Shown here piece after piece: positions 41,465 to 51,223 of a stretch of DNA of 64,000 bases. Origin of the DNA: an uncultured Gammaproteobacteria bacterium (GTDB lineage Bacteria > Patescibacteriota > Microgenomatia > Levybacterales > GWA1-39-11); assembly GCA_964537315.1 (NCBI GenBank), contig CAZIAP010000002.1, positions 107,237 through 171,236 of the forward strand, given 5' to 3'. Under the pieces are notes generated by a model. The model was not told the DNA's origin. It saw nothing but the letters and a program-made list of their open reading frames with translations, and did not search any database. A program made the translations under genes and the position numbers. How positions within the stretch are numbered: position 1 is the stretch's first letter; each line of letters opens with the position of its first letter.

Positions 41465-43408
41465 ATGATGGATGGATTTAATCATCTAGTTTCTTCTTTT
41501 TTCTCATCTTCCAAAAACATGGCTGGAATGATTGTGATTTTAATAATTGCAATCGCAGTTCCTGTCACGTTAGGTCTTATCAAACAGAATCAGGATAATC
41601 GGCAGGAGGCTGCTACTACTTACAGGCCTGGAACAGCAGCAGAAATTGCGCAGTGTAAACAAGGGTGTAACGGCTTATCAAGCTGGAGCAAGAATGGATG
41701 TTTAACTAGTTGTGAAGGATTACAAGTACCAGTTAGCGATGGTTCTGGTTCATCAAGTACAAAAAAAGAGAATGGTGAGCGGTGTAATACAAATACTGAT
41801 TGTAAAAGTTCTCAGTGTACTACAGCTACTTACTGTGGAACAACAGCTAAATATTGTGTAGCAACCACATATTATCCCAATCGGAACGTAGCTTGTCCAG
41901 CTGGATCTGGAGGGTCATCAGATGCGTCATCTTGTACAGGCTCAACTAACAGGGGATACAATTGTGCTTGTACGTCCAATTCTCAGTGTTCTTCTGGTAG
42001 CTGTGGATATGTAGACTCACAATATAGTCAGTTGATAGGTAAAAAATGTCTTACCGGAACTAGTACTGCTCCTACATCTGCTCCCGCAGGTGGAGCTTCT
42101 GGTAACTTCTCATGTTCAATAAGCGCCAGACAGGCTACAATTATTACAAGTGGTGTGACTTCAGTTAATAACATTAGGGGGCAAGTTAATCCTTCAAATA
42201 ATACCGGAGGAAAATATAACAGAATACGATGGATATTAACACGTGGATCAACAACTGTGGTAGACGAACACTCGATTGGTAACACAAATAATCCAACAGA
42301 AAAGTATTTTAAGAGTCTTTCTGCAGGCACATATACTCTAAATGCAAGGTTTTATCCATTAGATGGCTCTGCAGCGTCTGTTTCTTGTGGTAGTAGTACT
42401 GTAACAATTTCATCTACAGGCAGTTTTGCTTGTACTATGAATGCGGGAGTAGAGTTGGGAAATGAAGTGTGGATGAAAGTAGATAAGCCTACAGGGGACA
42501 CAACGGGTTACGATAGAATCGTTTGGAGAATAGGAAATTCACTTGAAAAGCATACCAACGGTAATACAAACAATTTTACGATATCATCGTTTACAGGTGT
42601 TCCTTCTGGTACTCATAGGGCTTATGCTAATTTTTATTCTTCAAATGGAACAAAACCTTCTGAGTACTGTGGCGAGAAATGGGTGACTGTCGCTGCTGCA
42701 CCAACTAGTACTCCAACAAACACGCCTACGAAGACTCCAACAAATACGCCAACTGTAACAGTATCAGCTCCAGTGGGGGGGAATAATTCTACAGTGACAA
42801 GCACACCAACGAATACTCCTACTGCGACTAGCACTCCTACCAGAACCCCTACTACACCTGTAAATCCTACTGCGACTAGGACTCCTACTGCAACTCCAAC
42901 TACAAACCCTCAGCAAATGACATTGAAGTTGTCTGCCACTCTTCCGGGAATCGGGAGTGGAACTGGGAATAATGCCAATCCTAAACGTACTACACGAACG
43001 GGGTCAGTAGAGATCTATAATACTCAAAACGTCAAAGTAAAAGAAGGAGAGACAAGCTTTACATATCAAGGTGGCGTATACAGTGGAACTATTGAGATGA
43101 CTAACGCTCCTGCAGGTACATATTATGTAAAGATGAAATTTGATAACACGATCTTCCAGCAGTTGCCTGGTGTATATAACCTAACATTGGGAGCAAACAC
43201 GCTTCCTACTGTAGCGCTTGCTCCAGGTGATCTAAATCAGGACAATAACCTGAATATGCAGGACTACTCTATTTTTGTCAGCTGCTATGGCGAAAAAGAA
43301 TGCGAAGCTTCATCAAAGCAAATGTCTGACTTTAATGATGATGGGATAATTGATGGAATAGATTACAATATTTTGATCAGGTCATTTGCGATCAGATCAG
43401 GAGATTAA
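41465..43408 (+). CDS. Cys-rich surface protein with tandem Ig-like repeats, P/T linker and C-terminal dockerin
   Basis: N-terminal TM; paired Ca-binding loops GDLNQDNNLNMQDY...SDFNDDGIIDGIDY. Confidence 0.8.
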   Translation: MMDGFNHLVSSFFSSSKNMAGMIVILIIAIAVPVTLGLIKQNQDNRQEAATTYRPGTAAEIAQCKQGCNGLSSWSKNGCLTSCEGLQVPVSDGSGSSSTKKENGERCNTNTDCKSSQCTTATYCGTTAKYCVATTYYPNRNVACPAGSGGSSDASSCTGSTNRGYNCACTSNSQCSSGSCGYVDSQYSQLIGKKCLTGTSTAPTSAPAGGASGNFSCSISARQATIITSGVTSVNNIRGQVNPSNNTGGKYNRIRWILTRGSTTVVDEHSIGNTNNPTEKYFKSLSAGTYTLNARFYPLDGSAASVSCGSSTVTISSTGSFACTMNAGVELGNEVWMKVDKPTGDTTGYDRIVWRIGNSLEKHTNGNTNNFTISSFTGVPSGTHRAYANFYSSNGTKPSEYCGEKWVTVAAAPTSTPTNTPTKTPTNTPTVTVSAPVGGNNSTVTSTPTNTPTATSTPTRTPTTPVNPTATRTPTATPTTNPQQMTLKLSATLPGIGSGTGNNANPKRTTRTGSVEIYNTQNVKVKEGETSFTYQGGVYSGTIEMTNAPAGTYYVKMKFDNTIFQQLPGVYNLTLGANTLPTVALAPGDLNQDNNLNMQDYSIFVSCYGEKECEASSKQMSDFNDDGIIDGIDYNILIRSFAIRSGD

Positions 43409-43413
43409 AGTAA

Positions 43414-43448
43414 AATACTGGATACAGAATACGGAATACAGTATACTA
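43414..43448 (+). repeat. Five-copy 7-nt tandem repeat (NATACNN)
   Basis: AATACTG GATACAG AATACGG AATACAG TATACTA; the last copy doubles as the -10 of the next gene. Confidence 0.7.
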
Positions 43449-43454
43449 AAAACT

Positions 43455-44051
43455 ATGCCTAAGCGAACAGTTATATTGATCTTAGTTTTAACTATCTTAA
43501 CAGGAGTTTTGGTGTTTTTAGCGCTTAAGAATGAGCAGAGAACAGCACCTCAACAAGCTGGTGAAGGAGAAAGGATAACCGAAGATACAGCGCTGCCCGA
43601 GAAAACAGCAACTCTAACATTTGATCCTCAAATAATGGAAGCTATACCTTCAACCGCGTCAGCAAACACTGTTGATGTAGTACTCAATGCCAATGAGCAT
43701 ACTATTGATAGTGTTCAGCTCGAGATAGTTTATGACCCTGCTGATCTTTCTAATGTAACAGTGAGTGCACCGGAGAATAACATATTCGGTGGTCCAGGTA
43801 GCTATACTGTCATACCAATGCCTTCAGATCCTGCACTTGGTAGAGTTTCATTTGCAATGGGTATCAGTACTCAAGCTCAAGCAGTACAAGGTGCTGGTCC
43901 TGTAGCACGAATTTCATTCACGGTGAACCCATCAACTACAAAAGATGTTACTCAAATCCAGATCATGGATCGATCTATGATAGTTGAGACAAATAGTCAT
44001 GAAAGTGTTCTTGCGCCGGTTGATCCACTTACTATTAACATTATTCGGTAA
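43455..44051 (+). CDS. Membrane-anchored cohesin-domain protein
   Basis: N-terminal TM; 'VDVVLN...IDSVQLEIVYDP..L...GAGPVARISF'; start at 43455 after TATACT. Confidence 0.72.
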   Translation: MPKRTVILILVLTILTGVLVFLALKNEQRTAPQQAGEGERITEDTALPEKTATLTFDPQIMEAIPSTASANTVDVVLNANEHTIDSVQLEIVYDPADLSNVTVSAPENNIFGGPGSYTVIPMPSDPALGRVSFAMGISTQAQAVQGAGPVARISFTVNPSTTKDVTQIQIMDRSMIVETNSHESVLAPVDPLTINIIR

Positions 44052-44057
44052 CGCTGC

Positions 44058-44855
44058 ATGAAAAATTTAGTTTCAAAATTCCCTCAGTATTTTTCTTCTC
44101 ATACAAGAGTCATCCCATTACTCGGAGTTCTTACATTACTTCTTGCACTTCCTTTAACTCTAAACCTAATTAAGAACAATCAAGATAATAGGCAGCAAGC
44201 TGCATCCTTAAATGATCAACTTTCTATACAGCAAAACAACCCGAATCCTGGTGTCCAAAGTTTAACATGTGAGTCAGTTAACGGAAGGTGTGTGACCGAA
44301 TCTGAGTGGGCAAGTACGCAGGCAATTTTTGCAGCTGCTTCTGTAGATGGTACATATGCTTGTCCTCAAAAAGGCGGACAGAACCAGGTTTGTATTGTAC
44401 AAGAACGAGCAAATGTATCTAATCAGACATGTGACGTATCTGCCGGATTCACTTGTGATTATCGAGGACACGATGAATGTGAGGCTACCCTCGGGGTTGG
44501 TAATTGTGAACATGAAGCGAATGCTAGATGTCATAATGGAAATCTGTGTATGAAAATTTCCAGTTCTTCAAACTCAAACTTTCCGCCTTTAGGTAGTCCA
44601 TGTCCTGACGGATCATCCAACTTCTCTTGTGGATATGGATCTCCAAATACACAGTGTCCAGTATGTAGCCCTACTTCCTCTTGTAGCACTGGAAACTATA
44701 CCATACAAGCCTGTTCAGGAGCTGGGTCGTGTACAAATGATCCTGACTGCGCAGGAAATCCTCCAAGTTGTCCTGCAGGACAGACTGGTCAGGTAGTTTG
44801 CCAAAAAGCTGCCGGGCAAACACAAGGTGCTTGTGTTACTGTTAACTGTCGATAA
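44058..44855 (+). CDS. Cys-rich surface/secreted protein
   Basis: N-terminal TM plus QDNRQQAA motif; about 22 Cys downstream. Confidence 0.7.
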   Translation: MKNLVSKFPQYFSSHTRVIPLLGVLTLLLALPLTLNLIKNNQDNRQQAASLNDQLSIQQNNPNPGVQSLTCESVNGRCVTESEWASTQAIFAAASVDGTYACPQKGGQNQVCIVQERANVSNQTCDVSAGFTCDYRGHDECEATLGVGNCEHEANARCHNGNLCMKISSSSNSNFPPLGSPCPDGSSNFSCGYGSPNTQCPVCSPTSSCSTGNYTIQACSGAGSCTNDPDCAGNPPSCPAGQTGQVVCQKAAGQTQGACVTVNCR

Positions 44856-44888
44856 ATTCATTAAGATAAGAGAGTGCATATCAAACTA

Positions 44889-44925
44889 TTGACAATATTT
44901 AGCACTCATGCTATCATTTTGCTAA
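44889..44925 (+). promoter_or_regulatory. hrcA promoter overlapped by CIRCE operator
   Basis: TTGACA 44889-44894, 17 nt, TGnTATCAT (-10 at 44912-44917); TTAGCACTC-N9-TTTTGCTAA at 44899-44925. Confidence 0.82.
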
Positions 44926-44965
44926 TAGAGATTTAGTTAGTAATTTTAAGTTTTTAATCTGAAAT

Positions 44966-45688
44966 ATGTACGATCTTACACCTCGCCAGATAGAGATATT
45001 GAAAAATATTGTACGTGAGTACATAGACTCTGCTGAGGCAGTGGGCAGCGAAACTTTAGAAAAAAAATATGATCTCGGAGTTTCACCTGCAACTATCAGA
45101 AATGAAATGGCAGATATGGTAAAACTCGGATATCTTGCTAAGCCGCACTCTTCTTCAGGTCGTATTCCTACAAGTAAAGCCTTAAAACTATACGTAAACG
45201 AATTGATGAAAGAGAGAGAGCTCTCGGTTGCAGACGAAGTTGAAGCCAAAGAAAAGGTGTGGGACGTAAGAGATGCAGAGTCACAATTTTTCCGTCAACT
45301 GACACGCAGTCTCTCCCAAAAGACAGGTACATTAGCTGTTGCGGCAACCCAGGAGGGAGACATGTACTTTGCGGGTTATTCTAATATCTTAGATATGCCT
45401 GAGTTCTATGACATTGATATTACAAAAAATTTACTTGCAATTTTAGATGATGTGTCATATTTCGATATGATACTCAAACATATCGAAAATGATTATGCAG
45501 TTATACTTGGTGAAGATTTTGGTTTAGAACCATTAAGACCATACGGATTTGTGTTTTCTAAATATAGCACGAAGAAAAATAGAGAAGGTTCTATAGGTGT
45601 AATCGGTCCTGCCAGGCTACATTATGAATTAGTAGTCCCATGTGTTAGATACTACGGAAGCCTAGTTGGTGAAATTGCAGATTGGTAA
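44966..45688 (+). CDS. hrcA: Heat-inducible repressor HrcA (shortened)
   Basis: VGS..L, SPATIRNEM, PHSSSGRIPT, GVIGP.R..Y. Confidence 0.93.
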   Translation: MYDLTPRQIEILKNIVREYIDSAEAVGSETLEKKYDLGVSPATIRNEMADMVKLGYLAKPHSSSGRIPTSKALKLYVNELMKERELSVADEVEAKEKVWDVRDAESQFFRQLTRSLSQKTGTLAVAATQEGDMYFAGYSNILDMPEFYDIDITKNLLAILDDVSYFDMILKHIENDYAVILGEDFGLEPLRPYGFVFSKYSTKKNREGSIGVIGPARLHYELVVPCVRYYGSLVGEIADW

Positions 45689-45695
45689 GTTTAAA

Positions 45696-45795
45696 AATTG
45701 ATCTAATTTCTAATTAACTAATTAATCTAAATTTTTGGAAATTGGATAAATTAGGACTTTTTTAGAAATTAGAATAATTAGAGCAATTAGAAATT
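45696..45795. repeat. Imperfect palindromic element built of CTAATT / AATTAG units
   Basis: CTAATT at 45703, 45710, 45718; AATTAG at 45749, 45767, 45776, 45785; TCTAATTTCTAA (45702-45713) is the reverse complement of 45762-45773. Confidence 0.65.
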
Positions 45796-46260
45796 ATGCA
45801 AGATAAGAAAGTAAAGAAAAAGGACGATACGGTTCTCAAAATAGATGAACTAGAGCAAAAAATTAGTGAATTAGATGACCAATATAAAAGAGCTATTGCA
45901 GATTATCGAAATCTTGAAAAAAGAGTTGCTGAAGATAGACTTGAGTTCATTAAATTTGCAAATAAAGAATTATTGGACAGATTGCTTCCTGCATTTGACA
46001 CTTTGTTTTTGGCAGAGAAGTATGTTCAAGATGATGGTCTGAAGCTTACGATTAAGTCACTCTCTGACGCTTTGGAGCAAGTAGGCGTTAAAAGAGTGGA
46101 TACGACAGGAAACAAATTCGATCCACAAACAATGGAGTGTGTAGAGACAGTTGAAGGTGAAGAAGGTAAAGTAACAGAAGAAGTGAGACCAGGATTTATG
46201 TTAGCTGATAAAACACTTCGTCCTGCATTAGTAAAAGTGGGAAAGGAGAAAAAAGAATAA
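45796..46260 (+). CDS. grpE: Nucleotide exchange factor GrpE
   Basis: RAIADYRN..KR, FDP, LRPALVKV. Confidence 0.95.
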   Translation: MQDKKVKKKDDTVLKIDELEQKISELDDQYKRAIADYRNLEKRVAEDRLEFIKFANKELLDRLLPAFDTLFLAEKYVQDDGLKLTIKSLSDALEQVGVKRVDTTGNKFDPQTMECVETVEGEEGKVTEEVRPGFMLADKTLRPALVKVGKEKKE

Positions 46261-46261
46261 G

Positions 46262-46330
46262 GTAGGATGTATAAAGTATTAAGTTTTCTAAAGATTTAGT
46301 ATATACTTAATACCTGATACATAGTACTTG
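46262..46330. repeat. 7-nt periodic inverted-repeat element
   Basis: GTAGGAT GTATAAA GTATTAA then ATACTTA ATACCTG ATACATA GTACTTG; GTATTAAG pairs with CTTAATAC. Confidence 0.55.
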
Positions 46331-46342
46331 AAATAAAAAAAT

Positions 46343-48286
46343 ATGGCAAAAATTATAGGTATTGATTTAGGTACAACAAACTCAGCAGTTGCTGTCATGG
46401 AAGGTGGCAGCCCTAAAGTGATCTTTTCATCAGAAGGACGAAACGTTACTCCGTCAGTTGTAGACCCAGTCGAAAGAGTTGTTGGCGACGTGGCAAAGCG
46501 TCAGATGGCTTTAAAGCCAAAACGAATCATCTACTCGATTAAACGATTAATGGGTCACCGTTTTAAAGATGACGCAATACAGGAAGAAATAAAACGACTT
46601 CCCTACACTATAAAAGAAGGTCGCGATGGCATGGCCGTCGTTGAAGTAGAAGGAAAAACATACACTCCTCAAGAAATATCTGCACAAATTTTACAGAAGC
46701 TTAAAAAAGATGCTGAGAGTTATTTGGGTGATACTGTTACTCAGGCAGTTATTACCGTACCAGCATACTTTGATGATGCTCAGCGTCAGGCAACTAAGCA
46801 GGCGGGAGAGATTGCAGGGCTTGAAGTACTGCGGGTGGTTAACGAGCCAACTGCAGCTGCACTCGCGTACGGATTGGATAAAAAGCACGCGCACACTATT
46901 GCAGTCTACGATTTAGGAGGAGGAACATTTGATATCTCATTGCTTGAACTAGGTGAAGGAGTATATGAAGTGAAAGCTACAAATGGTGATACACACCTTG
47001 GAGGAGATGATTTCGATAAAGCAATTATTGACTGGTTAGCAGAGGAGTTTAAGAAAGAAAATGGCGTTGATCTGCGTCAAGATCCTCAGGCGCTACAACG
47101 CTTGAAAGAATCTGCTGAAAAAGCAAAGATCGAGTTATCTACTTCCATGGAAACTGAGATTAATCAGCCATTTATTACCATGGGTCAAAATGGTCCTCTT
47201 CACTTAACAGTAAAACTTACCAGAAGCAAACTTGAACAGTTAATCGACGGACTTGTACAGAAAACATTTAAACCAGTTGAAGATGCTCTAAAAGACGCAG
47301 GTTTGACTGCAGATAAAATTGATGAGGTTATATTGGTCGGAGGTATGACTCGTATGCCAAAAATCGTCGATGCCGTAACTAAATTTTTTGGAAAGGAACC
47401 AAACAAAAGTGTTAATCCAGATGAAGTAGTATCCATTGGAGCAGCTGTACAAGCAGGAGTTCTTGGAGGAGATGTAAAAGACGTTTTACTTCTGGATGTT
47501 ACACCGCTGACACTGGGAATCGAGACATTAGGAAGTGTGGCAACTCCACTTATACCACGTAATACGACTATTCCTACCAAAAAATCACAAGTCTTTTCAA
47601 CCGCAGCAGATAATCAGACACAGGTTGAGATACACGTAGTGCAAGGAGAGCGACCGATGGCAAGTGATAATAAATCGCTAGGTAAATTTGTCCTCGATGG
47701 AATTCCTCCAGCTCCAAGAGGAGTGCCACAGATTGAGGTTTCGTTTGATCTTGATGCCTCTGGTATTTTGTCGGTTACCGCCAAAGATAAAGCCAGCGGA
47801 AAAGAGCAGAGTATTAAAATCACGGGTTCAACAGGACTGACAGATGATGAAATTCAAAAAATGACTCAGGAAGCAGAAAAGAATGCGGAAGAAGATCAAA
47901 AGAAAAAAGAGTTAATAGAAGCAAAAAATCATGCAGAGAATCTAGCTTTTACAGCTGAAAAATCACTTAAAGACGCAGGAGATAAAGTGGCTGAAGATCT
48001 CAAAAAAGAGATAACGGATAAAGTCGCTGCAGTTCGTGAAGCAATTAAAGGTGATAATAAAGAAGAGATTGATAGCAAGACTAATGAGCTTTCAGAAAGC
48101 ATGCAGAAAATCGGCCAAGAGATGTATGGATCGGCAGGCTCACCACAGGATGGTTCTGACAGCTCATCGCAAGACTCTCGTGACTCTGCTCATGACGGAA
48201 CAGCTGAAAACTCAGATGATCAAAAGAAAGACTCCTCAGATAATCCAGACGAGCCTGTTGAAGGTGAAGTCGTAGATGAGAAGTAA
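46343..48286 (+). CDS. dnaK: Chaperone DnaK
   Basis: [32 protein letters not shown]. Confidence 0.98.
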   Translation: MAKIIGIDLGTTNSAVAVMEGGSPKVIFSSEGRNVTPSVVDPVERVVGDVAKRQMALKPKRIIYSIKRLMGHRFKDDAIQEEIKRLPYTIKEGRDGMAVVEVEGKTYTPQEISAQILQKLKKDAESYLGDTVTQAVITVPAYFDDAQRQATKQAGEIAGLEVLRVVNEPTAAALAYGLDKKHAHTIAVYDLGGGTFDISLLELGEGVYEVKATNGDTHLGGDDFDKAIIDWLAEEFKKENGVDLRQDPQALQRLKESAEKAKIELSTSMETEINQPFITMGQNGPLHLTVKLTRSKLEQLIDGLVQKTFKPVEDALKDAGLTADKIDEVILVGGMTRMPKIVDAVTKFFGKEPNKSVNPDEVVSIGAAVQAGVLGGDVKDVLLLDVTPLTLGIETLGSVATPLIPRNTTIPTKKSQVFSTAADNQTQVEIHVVQGERPMASDNKSLGKFVLDGIPPAPRGVPQIEVSFDLDASGILSVTAKDKASGKEQSIKITGSTGLTDDEIQKMTQEAEKNAEEDQKKKELIEAKNHAENLAFTAEKSLKDAGDKVAEDLKKEITDKVAAVREAIKGDNKEEIDSKTNELSESMQKIGQEMYGSAGSPQDGSDSSSQDSRDSAHDGTAENSDDQKKDSSDNPDEPVEGEVVDEK

Positions 48287-48447
48287 TTCTCATAAAAATT
48301 ACTAATTTCTAATTGATCTAATTAACCAAAATTAGTCTCAATATTAAAATCCCTAATCAATAAGAAGTTAGACTCTAGATATCTGAAGTGATTAATTTTA
48401 ATTTCTCCCGTTTGTATTGATTTTCTTCTTTATGCTACTATTAATAT

Positions 48448-48738
48448 ATGCCGTGTGAAGCAAATGAGGTTTATACTGACTTTGGGTGTGTTCCTAATGA
48501 TCCAATCGGATTTGTAGAAAGATTTTACGGAATAGGACTTTCGGTTATAGGAATGGTGGCTGTACTATTCCTTATAATTGGTGGGTATCATATTCTGACT
48601 TCTCAAGGGAGTCCTGAAAAGCTGCAAAAAGGTCGTGAATATATCTTGTATTCTATTTTAGGGTTACTGCTTGGAGTATTTGGGTTCGTTTTCGTACAGA
48701 TAATAACCGGTGTATTACATATTCCCGGATTTAGCTAA
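48448..48738 (+). CDS. TrbC/VirB2-like pilin (CPR type)
   Basis: 'TDFGCVP.DP' head; TM1-'GGY..LTSQGSPEKLQKGRE.I'-TM2 hairpin typical of T4SS-type pilins. Confidence 0.75.
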   Translation: MPCEANEVYTDFGCVPNDPIGFVERFYGIGLSVIGMVAVLFLIIGGYHILTSQGSPEKLQKGREYILYSILGLLLGVFGFVFVQIITGVLHIPGFS

Positions 48739-48744
48739 AGACTT

Positions 48745-51162
48745 ATGAAAAAATTTCTGCCCAAATTTGTACTTATCACATTTTTCTCTATTGCCTTTCT
48801 CCTTGTAGGTACTCTGACTAGCGTTAGTGCTCAGACATTAGACTCTCCGAATGATGTTAATAACGGTAACTGGGTTGAGGATCCAGAGGTGACATTTGTC
48901 GGAAAGGCAGCAAACAGAGCAAACGATTTTTTAAACTGGACATTGCAAAATTATAACTGGCTATGTGTAGAAAAAGCCGGTGATGCCTGTGTAAATACAT
49001 ATGACAATAATCCCTTAGTTGAGTTTTGGGAAATGGTGCGTAATATCATATATGCTTTACTTCTCTTATTTGTTTTGGGAACTGCGGGTGTAATTATAGT
49101 TACGCGAGGTCAAAACATCACTATTATGCGTTTTGTGCCTAGATTTATCGTAATTATTTTACTTGTTACATTTTCATTTGCGTTAGTTCAGTTCTTATAT
49201 GTTGTAGTTGATATTGTCCAAGGATTTTTCCTTCGACCTGATGGACCAGAAGGACCGCTAATTTCATCAGCTGATCTGCTTTATATAGCTTTTCCTTATG
49301 AATTTACTGGCTTTAGGGCACTAGGATCTGATAATGACGAATCCGCATTTATCTCATTGTTGCTTGTAAAACTAACCGCAATTACTTATTATGTGATGAC
49401 AGGTGTGTTATTAGTGCGAAAAATCATCCTCTGGTTTTTCCTTATCGTGTCACCTATATTTCCTCTGCTTATCTTTTACCGCCCTGTTCGCAATACCGCA
49501 AAGATTTGGGTTGGAGAGTTCTTCCGTTGGTTGTTGTACGCGCCTCTCTTTGCACTTTTTCTACACGGTTTGGTGGTTATGTGGAGAGATAAAATTCCAC
49601 TCGCATTTGATTTTAACTCACAGGGTAGTGTTGCAGGCACAGACGTACTCTATCCTACAGCAGTAAACATTTTAATCGGTGGACCAGGTCAACAGATAGG
49701 GATCAATAACTCAGTTAATCTTCCTGATACTTTCGCACTATACGTAGTTGCTTTAATCATGCTTTGGGTGGTTATCTTGCTACCATTTTTACTACTTCGA
49801 ATTTTCTTAGATTACTTTAATTCCATCTCATTTAGCGGATTTATGTCTAAGCAGGTCAACAAAAACTTTGCTTTCTTAAACCCACGTGGTCCATCGGGTG
49901 GTCCAACTCCTCCGCCTCCTCCGGGTAAGGTGTTTCCAACCGGCATGGCGCGTCAGTTGCCATTTTTGAATAAAGCCGCAAAAACAATTGAAGTTGGTAG
50001 GCCGGTCAGTACCAGTAGTACGAGAGATATTAGATCATCCGTGCAGTCTAATGTTAGCCAACCTGTAGCAGTAAGAGAGGTTAACGAAGTTCTCAAGTCT
50101 GTCAATATAAGTGTTCCTAAGATGCAGGACGTTGTGAAGTATGAGAGAGCGTTATTAAGTAATAATATTACTGAACGTCAAACAGTCACACAGTTCCGTG
50201 AGACATTAGAAAAAATTGCAAATCCAGCACAGGTTACTTCAGTTACAGAGCGTCAGCAGTTTAGCCAGATACACGAGAAGCTAACTACCCAGCAGGAGAG
50301 AGGAAACCCGTTGGCAACATCAATTCTTAAGGCTGCTGGAAAAACAACTGTAAGTAGTACAATTGATATTAATCAGCAGCTTCGAATGTTGCTCCAGCAG
50401 CTAGCGAGCCCATCTACTGTAAACCCACGTGTACGTCAAAAGATGAGTACACTTAAAACACAGCTTACAGGTGCTCAACATAGTGGAAATAATTTAGCAA
50501 CAACTGTGCTGACTACTGCTGAGAAAATCAGTAAAAAAGAGCTAACTAAAGAGCAGGAAGATGCAGCGATTGAGGAGATCAAGACAAAGATCCAGGAGCA
50601 AAAACAGACAAGCGATCCAGTTACTCAGTCTGTTGTATCTACGATGCAACAAGCACAGGCTGTAACAGAAACTCAATCATTACCTGTTATAAATAGAGTC
50701 CAGCAAGTAAGCATTGAAGATTATGAGGAGGTACGAAAGATGTGGGTAGAGAATTATGAGACATTAGAACCTCCTAAGACGCTTGAAGGCAAGCAACTGG
50801 AGAGAGAGGAATGGGTTAGAAGTGACGTGCAGAAGATTAATGAAGCAGTCACTCTGCTTTCATCTGTTGAGCCGCAAAAAGTTAATGAAGGTATGGAGAT
50901 GGTCGGAAGTATTTTGCCGTTCCTACTCATGGGAGGTTTCTCTAAATCTGAGGTTGTTGCCTACTTGAAAGCGAAGCTTGCAGCTGCCAAGTCTATACTG
51001 GAAGCAGCCGAAAAGCAGAAAGACGATGAAGATTCGATGATATATCGCGAGACCAAGAAAGAAGAGGCAAAAGAAATGAGCATAAAACATGCTATAGAGC
51101 TTCCGAGTGAAAAAGAATCGCCTAAAAATTCGGAAGACGACGAGACTAAGACTCAACCGTGA
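48745..51162 (+). CDS. VirB6/TrbL-like polytopic membrane protein with long C-terminal region
   Basis: Signal peptide (VSA-Q); about 7 TM; 'VRKIILWFFLIVSP...P....AKIW..EFF.W...AP' resembles the VirB6/TrbL core. Confidence 0.6.
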   Translation: MKKFLPKFVLITFFSIAFLLVGTLTSVSAQTLDSPNDVNNGNWVEDPEVTFVGKAANRANDFLNWTLQNYNWLCVEKAGDACVNTYDNNPLVEFWEMVRNIIYALLLLFVLGTAGVIIVTRGQNITIMRFVPRFIVIILLVTFSFALVQFLYVVVDIVQGFFLRPDGPEGPLISSADLLYIAFPYEFTGFRALGSDNDESAFISLLLVKLTAITYYVMTGVLLVRKIILWFFLIVSPIFPLLIFYRPVRNTAKIWVGEFFRWLLYAPLFALFLHGLVVMWRDKIPLAFDFNSQGSVAGTDVLYPTAVNILIGGPGQQIGINNSVNLPDTFALYVVALIMLWVVILLPFLLLRIFLDYFNSISFSGFMSKQVNKNFAFLNPRGPSGGPTPPPPPGKVFPTGMARQLPFLNKAAKTIEVGRPVSTSSTRDIRSSVQSNVSQPVAVREVNEVLKSVNISVPKMQDVVKYERALLSNNITERQTVTQFRETLEKIANPAQVTSVTERQQFSQIHEKLTTQQERGNPLATSILKAAGKTTVSSTIDINQQLRMLLQQLASPSTVNPRVRQKMSTLKTQLTGAQHSGNNLATTVLTTAEKISKKELTKEQEDAAIEEIKTKIQEQKQTSDPVTQSVVSTMQQAQAVTETQSLPVINRVQQVSIEDYEEVRKMWVENYETLEPPKTLEGKQLEREEWVRSDVQKINEAVTLLSSVEPQKVNEGMEMVGSILPFLLMGGFSKSEVVAYLKAKLAAAKSILEAAEKQKDDEDSMIYRETKKEEAKEMSIKHAIELPSEKESPKNSEDDETKTQP

Positions 51163-51223
51163 CGAAGTTTAGTTGTGAGAGAGGTCAGAGTGTGTCTATA
51201 ATAAACAAGTTATTAGTTATCTT

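Noticed and set aside
42700-42905. Repetitive DNA (ACTCCAAC/ACTCCTAC units) as a possible CRISPR array or VNTR
   Set aside because: It encodes the in-frame Pro/Thr linker; there is no repeat-spacer structure and no cas gene
41465-44051. True cellulosome
   Set aside because: No glycoside hydrolase or carbohydrate-binding modules recognised and no multi-cohesin scaffoldin
48448-51162. Conjugative element / ICE
   Set aside because: No relaxase, coupling protein, VirB4 or integrase in the window, and the flanks are core chaperone genes
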